From the NCBI GenBank assembly GCA_031400935.1, contig JANNQV010000028.1, positions 233,565-253,564 on the forward strand: 20,000 bases of DNA. Reading direction: 5' to 3'. Source of the stretch: Armatimonadota bacterium (lineage in GTDB: Bacteria; Armatimonadota; Fimbriimonadia; Fimbriimonadales; Fimbriimonadaceae). The position numbers and the translations under genes were made by a program. Within the stretch, counting starts at the first letter, position 1; every line of letters starts with the position of its first letter. Under the pieces are notes generated by a model. The model made no database searches. It worked only from the letters and a program-made list of their open reading frames with translations, and was not told the DNA's origin. Below, one piece after another: positions 15,938 through 20,000 of the stretch.

Positions 15938-17548
15938 CTATTCTTCAGGAATGCACAAACACGAAGACGTGATTTTCGTATCTGCCTTTGCCCAAGTCCT
16001 TTGAAACTTTGCCAGAGTTATCGAAGCGTCGGCTGCCTTCCCTAGTGCTTCTTGGCACTTGCTCAAACCAAAAAGCGACCAACCATTCTTGGGAAGGTTC
16101 TTTAGGTCTTGCCAGAAGATCTGTTCGGCCTCTTTGTAGCGCTTCTCCCTCAGGAGCAATGCTCCTAATGTGTGCCGGACGGGTTGAATCCAATCTGGCG
16201 GTTCAGAATACCGTAGGGCATCCTCGGCTTGAACAGCCTTTCGCAAGGTTGATACCGCCATGTCTACATAGCCTTCGGCCACCAAAATCTCGCCAATCAT
16301 CAATAGGTTTGCAACATTCAGAAGATCGCTTGCCTTGTTGTTCCCAAACATCGCCTCGGCGAGAACTTTCTTTCTAGCTTCGTCAAAAAGCAGTTGTTCA
16401 GCCCTTGCCTCAAACGGCATACTTTTTGCAGCATAGGCAATTGCTCGGGAGGAATGGCGCAAAGCAGTACTTAAAGGAAAGTGAGCAGGAAACTCTGGCA
16501 TTGCAAGCACATCGTCCCATCTGCCAAATCGAACACGTACTTCAGTTGGCATAGCAAAGAAACCGTCAACGAACGGAGACATCTCCTTTTGATAATCCAA
16601 TGGAATTGCAGCGACCATAGCATCAATTGACTTTTCCGCAAGTGCTCTTTGTCCATTCATCATCGCTGAGAACGCAAGCATGTGGTTGTTGTGCGCCATA
16701 TAGACGCGATAAATCGGTGCCACTTTGTGCTCTGACCGATACTTTGCATCCACTACCATCGCCCTTGCATTTGCCTCGATGGACTTCTGCCACTCGCCGA
16801 CACGAACATCAATGTGCGACGGCATATGGACGTTGTGCCCTAGTCCAGGTTGAAGAAATCGAAGGCGGTCAGAAGCAGCAACAGCAAGCCCAGGATTTGG
16901 CGACGCCTCGACAGCGTGAATGTACAAATGAAGAGCAAACGGATGGTTTGGAGAGACCCTTATCGTCTTTTGGATTGTGGATACGATTTCCGTTGTGCCA
17001 GGTTGAGGCGTCCCGTCTTTCTTCCACAAATCCCATGGGCGAAGGTCCATCATGGATTCTGCAAACAGTGCGCCAGCATCAGGGTCATTTGGATTCTTTG
17101 CGAAGGTTTCTCGCATTGCGATTGCGTAGGCTCTGTCAAGTGGTCCGCGGGAACCTTGGGGCCACATGAAGCGCGTCGCCGCTGCGCGGATTAGCTCCGC
17201 ATCCGCTTTATTCCTTGCCTTCAATTTCAATGCTTTTTGTATGGCATTGTATGCCTCCATTTCTTCATCAGGAGGCACCATAGGAAAATTGATGTGCGGC
17301 CCATTCGCGGTCGCCAATCCCCAATAGGCCATTGCGCACTTTGGGTCTTGACGAATTGCCTCACGAAACGACTTTTTCGATTCGCCATGATGAAATGCGT
17401 ACAGCATGTTTAGACCCTGATCAAAGTACTTTTGAGCCATTGCGTGGTTTGTTACCTTGCGCGAATAGACTCCGGTGCCTCGAAAAAGAGGCATCTGTGC
17501 TTGAGTGCCAGATGTTTGGATTGCGGCGATGAAGAGTAGCGTTGTCAT
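15938..17548 (-). CDS. Secreted TPR-repeat protein of a conserved uncharacterised family
   Basis: Signal-like N-terminus; AQKYFDQGL, DPKCAMAYWG, HPFALHLYIHAVE, HMPSHI, LRYSEPPDW and PKNGWSLFGL. Confidence 0.85.
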   Translation of the reverse strand: MTTLLFIAAIQTSGTQAQMPLFRGTGVYSRKVTNHAMAQKYFDQGLNMLYAFHHGESKKSFREAIRQDPKCAMAYWGLATANGPHINFPMVPPDEEMEAYNAIQKALKLKARNKADAELIRAAATRFMWPQGSRGPLDRAYAIAMRETFAKNPNDPDAGALFAESMMDLRPWDLWKKDGTPQPGTTEIVSTIQKTIRVSPNHPFALHLYIHAVEASPNPGLAVAASDRLRFLQPGLGHNVHMPSHIDVRVGEWQKSIEANARAMVVDAKYRSEHKVAPIYRVYMAHNNHMLAFSAMMNGQRALAEKSIDAMVAAIPLDYQKEMSPFVDGFFAMPTEVRVRFGRWDDVLAMPEFPAHFPLSTALRHSSRAIAYAAKSMPFEARAEQLLFDEARKKVLAEAMFGNNKASDLLNVANLLMIGEILVAEGYVDMAVSTLRKAVQAEDALRYSEPPDWIQPVRHTLGALLLREKRYKEAEQIFWQDLKNLPKNGWSLFGLSKCQEALGKAADASITLAKFQRTWAKADTKITSSCLCIPEE

Positions 17549-17610
17549 AGTTTTCTCTGTGCTCCTTGCGCATATTCTCGCTCATTGAAATCCAAATTGC
17601 AAGTCCATTA

Positions 17611-18267
17611 CTAAACTCGAAGTTGCTTTGAAGCTTCGCGAGCAACTCTCCATACCGAATCGCTGTCTTTGCCATCCACGATCCAAACCAAATTGTCCGC
17701 TCGAAAGGCCACCCTACCATTGCCCGACATGAAGCCATCATTCGAACCAACTTGAGCTATCAAACCGTTGATCTTGGCTTCGTCTTTCGTATAACGGAGA
17801 TGCACGATCTTGCCATCTATCTGGATGCAAAAGCAACCAGAATCTGGAGTTCGTTCGGATTCAATAATCCTTCCGATATTTTGCGGAAGTCGAGCTAACT
17901 TGATCCCATTTCGATCTTCAATCCAAGCAGCCGCTTCGGTAAAACTCTTGGCGGCAAGGGCTTCATAAGCCGGTCGGCGATCCACTCGCGCTATCCCGAT
18001 AGCAGCCATCAAGATTCCGGCGGCAAGGGCTGGCTTCCAAGCCAATTGCGGAAATGAAACCTTGGCTTGCTTTGGCACCATAGCCTGCAATCGGCTTAGA
18101 GGAACTTCTTCTGACAGTCCTTCTCTCCTTATGCTTGCAAGGAATTCTCGCACTTCGTTCAATTGCCCCTTGGCATTGGCATCTTCAGCGAGAGTCTGAT
18201 CTGCAATGACTCGCTCGTCAGCGGAGAGAGTTCCATCCAAATATGCGTACCAATCAACTTTATTCAA
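17611..18267 (-). CDS. Membrane-anchored anti-sigma factor
   Basis: Anti-sigma-like N-terminus (AYLDGTLSADER), one TM helix (ALAAGILMAAIGIA) and an extracytoplasmic domain with CFC. Overlaps the ECF sigma stop. Confidence 0.8.
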   Translation of the reverse strand: MNKVDWYAYLDGTLSADERVIADQTLAEDANAKGQLNEVREFLASIRREGLSEEVPLSRLQAMVPKQAKVSFPQLAWKPALAAGILMAAIGIARVDRRPAYEALAAKSFTEAAAWIEDRNGIKLARLPQNIGRIIESERTPDSGCFCIQIDGKIVHLRYTKDEAKINGLIAQVGSNDGFMSGNGRVAFRADNLVWIVDGKDSDSVWRVAREASKQLRV

Positions 18268-18778
18268 AGCTTCCCCCCATCACCGCAAGTACCCGTTCTC
18301 TCAAGACGTTTCGGCCACGGAAAAGTCTGGAGCGAACTGTGCCGACGGGAACATCGAGAACCGACGCAACTTCTTCGTACGACATGCCTTCCACATCGCA
18401 AAGCTGAATTACGAGCCGATGATGACTTTCCAGACATTCTAATTGCTGAAGAATCGTTTGCGCTTGGTCACGATTCGCAACTGAAACCCAAAGATCGTCT
18501 CGAAACGGTTCTTCCCAATCGAAATCGGATAGCTGAAGATCAGGTTCAGGCTTTCGAAATCTTGCGAGGTTTTCGTTGTACAGAATTCGCAAAAGCCATG
18601 CCCTTAGGTGGCGTCCGTCGAACCGATTCCAAGCTGAAAACGCCCGAATGAGAGTTTCCTGCACTAAGTCTTCGGCGTCAAACGCCGACTTCGCCATTCG
18701 TTTTGCAACCCGGTACAAAACCGGAAGCTCGCCTCGAATAGCGGTTTCAAAATCTCGTGTCTGTCCTCGTAAGCTCAA
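18260..18778 (-). CDS. ECF RNA polymerase sigma factor
   Basis: Region 2 DAEDLVQETLIRAF...AWLLRI and region 4 EGMSYEEVASVLDVPVGTVRSRLFRGR. GGAG SD upstream of the TTG. Confidence 0.95.
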   Translation of the reverse strand: MSLRGQTRDFETAIRGELPVLYRVAKRMAKSAFDAEDLVQETLIRAFSAWNRFDGRHLRAWLLRILYNENLARFRKPEPDLQLSDFDWEEPFRDDLWVSVANRDQAQTILQQLECLESHHRLVIQLCDVEGMSYEEVASVLDVPVGTVRSRLFRGRNVLRERVLAVMGGSFE

Positions 18779-18804
18779 ATATAATGCTCCGGAGTTCGTC
18801 TTTG

Positions 18805-18904
18805 GGAGTGCGCGGGCTTGACCGCGCTTTTCCCCTGGTATTCCTCAAATCGTTTGTATCATTACCCACTTCCAAGTTGGTTTTTTGCGCGGTCAAGCCC
18901 GCGC
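18805..18904. repeat. REP-like inverted pair, GGAG-headed palindrome
   Basis: gcgcgggcttgaccgcgc (18810-18827) is the exact reverse complement of 18887-18904. Each copy is a hairpin gcgcgg-N6-ccgcgc. Confidence 0.8.
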
Positions 18905-18933
18905 GGTACCAATGAGTGTTTCTTTGCGATGTG

Positions 18934-18960
18934 AATGAGTTTGCCGTTCCAAAAGTTCCG
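18934..18960 (-). promoter_or_regulatory. Putative ECF-sigma promoter (autoregulatory) CGGAACT-N16-CATT
   Basis: Minus strand reads cggaact tttggaacggcaaact catt and points at the sigma gene. GGAAC is a typical ECF -35 element. Confidence 0.6.
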
Positions 18961-18969
18961 CAACGAGAG

Positions 18970-18996
18970 CGGAACTCCTTTTACCATTTTTGCATT
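18970..18996 (+). promoter_or_regulatory. Putative ECF-sigma promoter CGGAACT-N16-CATT for the Cys-rich gene
   Basis: cggaact ccttttaccatttttg catt has the same motif and spacing as the minus-strand copy. Confidence 0.6.
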
Positions 18997-19030
18997 TCCC
19001 CTTCGAAAAATGACTTTGGAGGTCAAACAA

Positions 19031-19405
19031 ATGAACAAAATCCTATTACTAGTAACCCTTTTCGCTTTCGCCATAGTGGCTGTTCCGTTCGGAATTGCCC
19101 AGACAGGAACGAAGAAGATGGACACAACCGCCCATGTTTGCGCGAAATGCGACATGGCTTCGATGAAGGCGGGCAAATGCCCTTGCGGCTCTGAAACTTC
19201 GATGATGAAAGGCCGTGTCGCCCATGTCTGTTCCCATTGCAACACATCTTCTAAGAAGGCTGGCAACTGTAGCAAGTGCAAGATGGCAATGAAGAAGAGT
19301 TTTGTTACCTATTCTTGCGATCATTGCAAAATGAGTGCTGGCAAGGCTGGAAACTGCAAGATGTGCAAGATGCCGATGAAGAAGCATGTCGTTCCGATGA
19401 TGTAA
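19031..19405 (+). CDS. Secreted Cys/Met/Lys-rich protein with three heavy-metal-binding-like repeats
   Basis: GGAGGT SD and a signal peptide. Three repeats of CxxC-x9-C(x1-2)C containing KAG[KN]C, 12 Cys in 124 aa. Confidence 0.8.
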   Translation: MNKILLLVTLFAFAIVAVPFGIAQTGTKKMDTTAHVCAKCDMASMKAGKCPCGSETSMMKGRVAHVCSHCNTSSKKAGNCSKCKMAMKKSFVTYSCDHCKMSAGKAGNCKMCKMPMKKHVVPMM

Positions 19406-19444
19406 ATGAACCACAACGCCCTCTTCAAAGGGCCTTTTAGTATA

Positions 19445-19480
19445 GTAATGCCCAACTGCAAAGTTGGGCATTACGTTTTT
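19445..19480 (+). terminator. Intrinsic terminator-like hairpin between convergent genes
   Basis: Perfect 13-bp stem gtaatgcccaact/agttgggcattac, GCAA loop, followed by gttttt. Confidence 0.7.
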
Positions 19481-19500
19481 GCCTTCCTGACCAGGAAAGC
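19481..19500 (-). promoter_or_regulatory. Candidate bacterial SECIS hairpin
   Basis: Minus strand GCTTTCCT-GGTC-AGGAAGGC starts 14 nt after the TGA. The loop begins with GG and the hairpin is not followed by a U-tract. Confidence 0.5.
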
Positions 19501-19505
19501 TGGAT

Positions 19506-20000
19506 TTAGTAGGTTCAACCCCATGTAAGCGTCCCCGGTGCGCTGGAAAAGTCAATTTCGACCATTTTCATTCTAGCCGATTTTGCCATTGCCTCATTAA
19601 GCGCTTTGACGCTTTCTGCACCGTAGCCCTCGAACACTCTTTCGATTTTGCCATTGGTGCCGACCTGAACCGTCGTAATGGAATATCGCAACTTGTAGGC
19701 TCCGATTGCCGCCTTAGTTGGGTCAGAAAGAAGCGGATAGTTCACTGCGAACCGCTCGGTCCACGCCTTTGCTCCTTCGGAGTCAGCATTAACCACGCCA
19801 ATAAGCGAAGTTTTTTCGCCGTAGGCTTTTTGGAGCGAATTGAACAACGCCGAAGCCTTCGCATTGTGAGGGCATCTCTGCTTCCAAAACACCACGAACG
19901 CCGGCTTTTCTTTGGCAAGTTTTGCCAAGGAATACGTCTTCCCATCGGGAGCCATGCCCTCGATGGCGGGTGCCATATTTCCAGCCGGGAGATAGTTTTC
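19506..20000 (-). CDS. Peroxiredoxin-like redoxin (AhpC/TSA fold), 5'-partial; candidate selenoprotein with TGA 19515-19517 as Sec
   Basis: DGKTYSL, VVFWKQRCPHN and YPLLSDP indicate the redoxin fold. The frame is open to the window edge. It ends TWG-TGA-ACC-TAC-TAA; if TGA is a true stop the CDS ends at 19515. Confidence 0.8.

Noticed and set aside
19031..19405. Multiheme cytochrome c
   Set aside because: No CxxCH motifs; His residues precede or lie inside the CxxC.
14102..20000. Genomic island integrated at tRNA-Ser
   Set aside because: No integrase, no duplicated tRNA 3' end noticed, and no evident compositional shift.

Overview
A densely coded bacterial chromosomal segment of about 50% GC. 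The gene mix and repeat families suggest an Armatimonadota/Fimbriimonas-like organism, but this is inference only. Housekeeping content: partial aldo/keto reductase, a stand-alone ACT protein plus DapG-type aspartate kinase, folP, a MATE pump, an AIM24-family protein, a TlpA lipoprotein, asnS, a MerR HTH, a GT2-TPR glycosyltransferase, secA, tRNA-Ser(GCT), a lytic transglycosylase, a GYF_2-TM2 protein and a TPR protein. Most notable observations: (1) a signal-peptide ORF directly upstream of secA ending in ...HPNRAGPA-stop, a SecM-like translation-arrest candidate; (2) a redoxin whose apparent TGA stop sits in a WG-TGA-TY-TAA context followed by a SECIS-like hairpin, a candidate selenoprotein; (3) an ECF sigma/anti-sigma pair and a divergent secreted 12-Cys protein sharing back-to-back CGGAACT-N16-CATT promoter-like motifs; (4) a small LITAF-like zinc/membrane protein; (5) several different REP-like palindromes and short tandem repeats in intergenic spaces. 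No CRISPR array, rRNA, prophage or transposase was seen.
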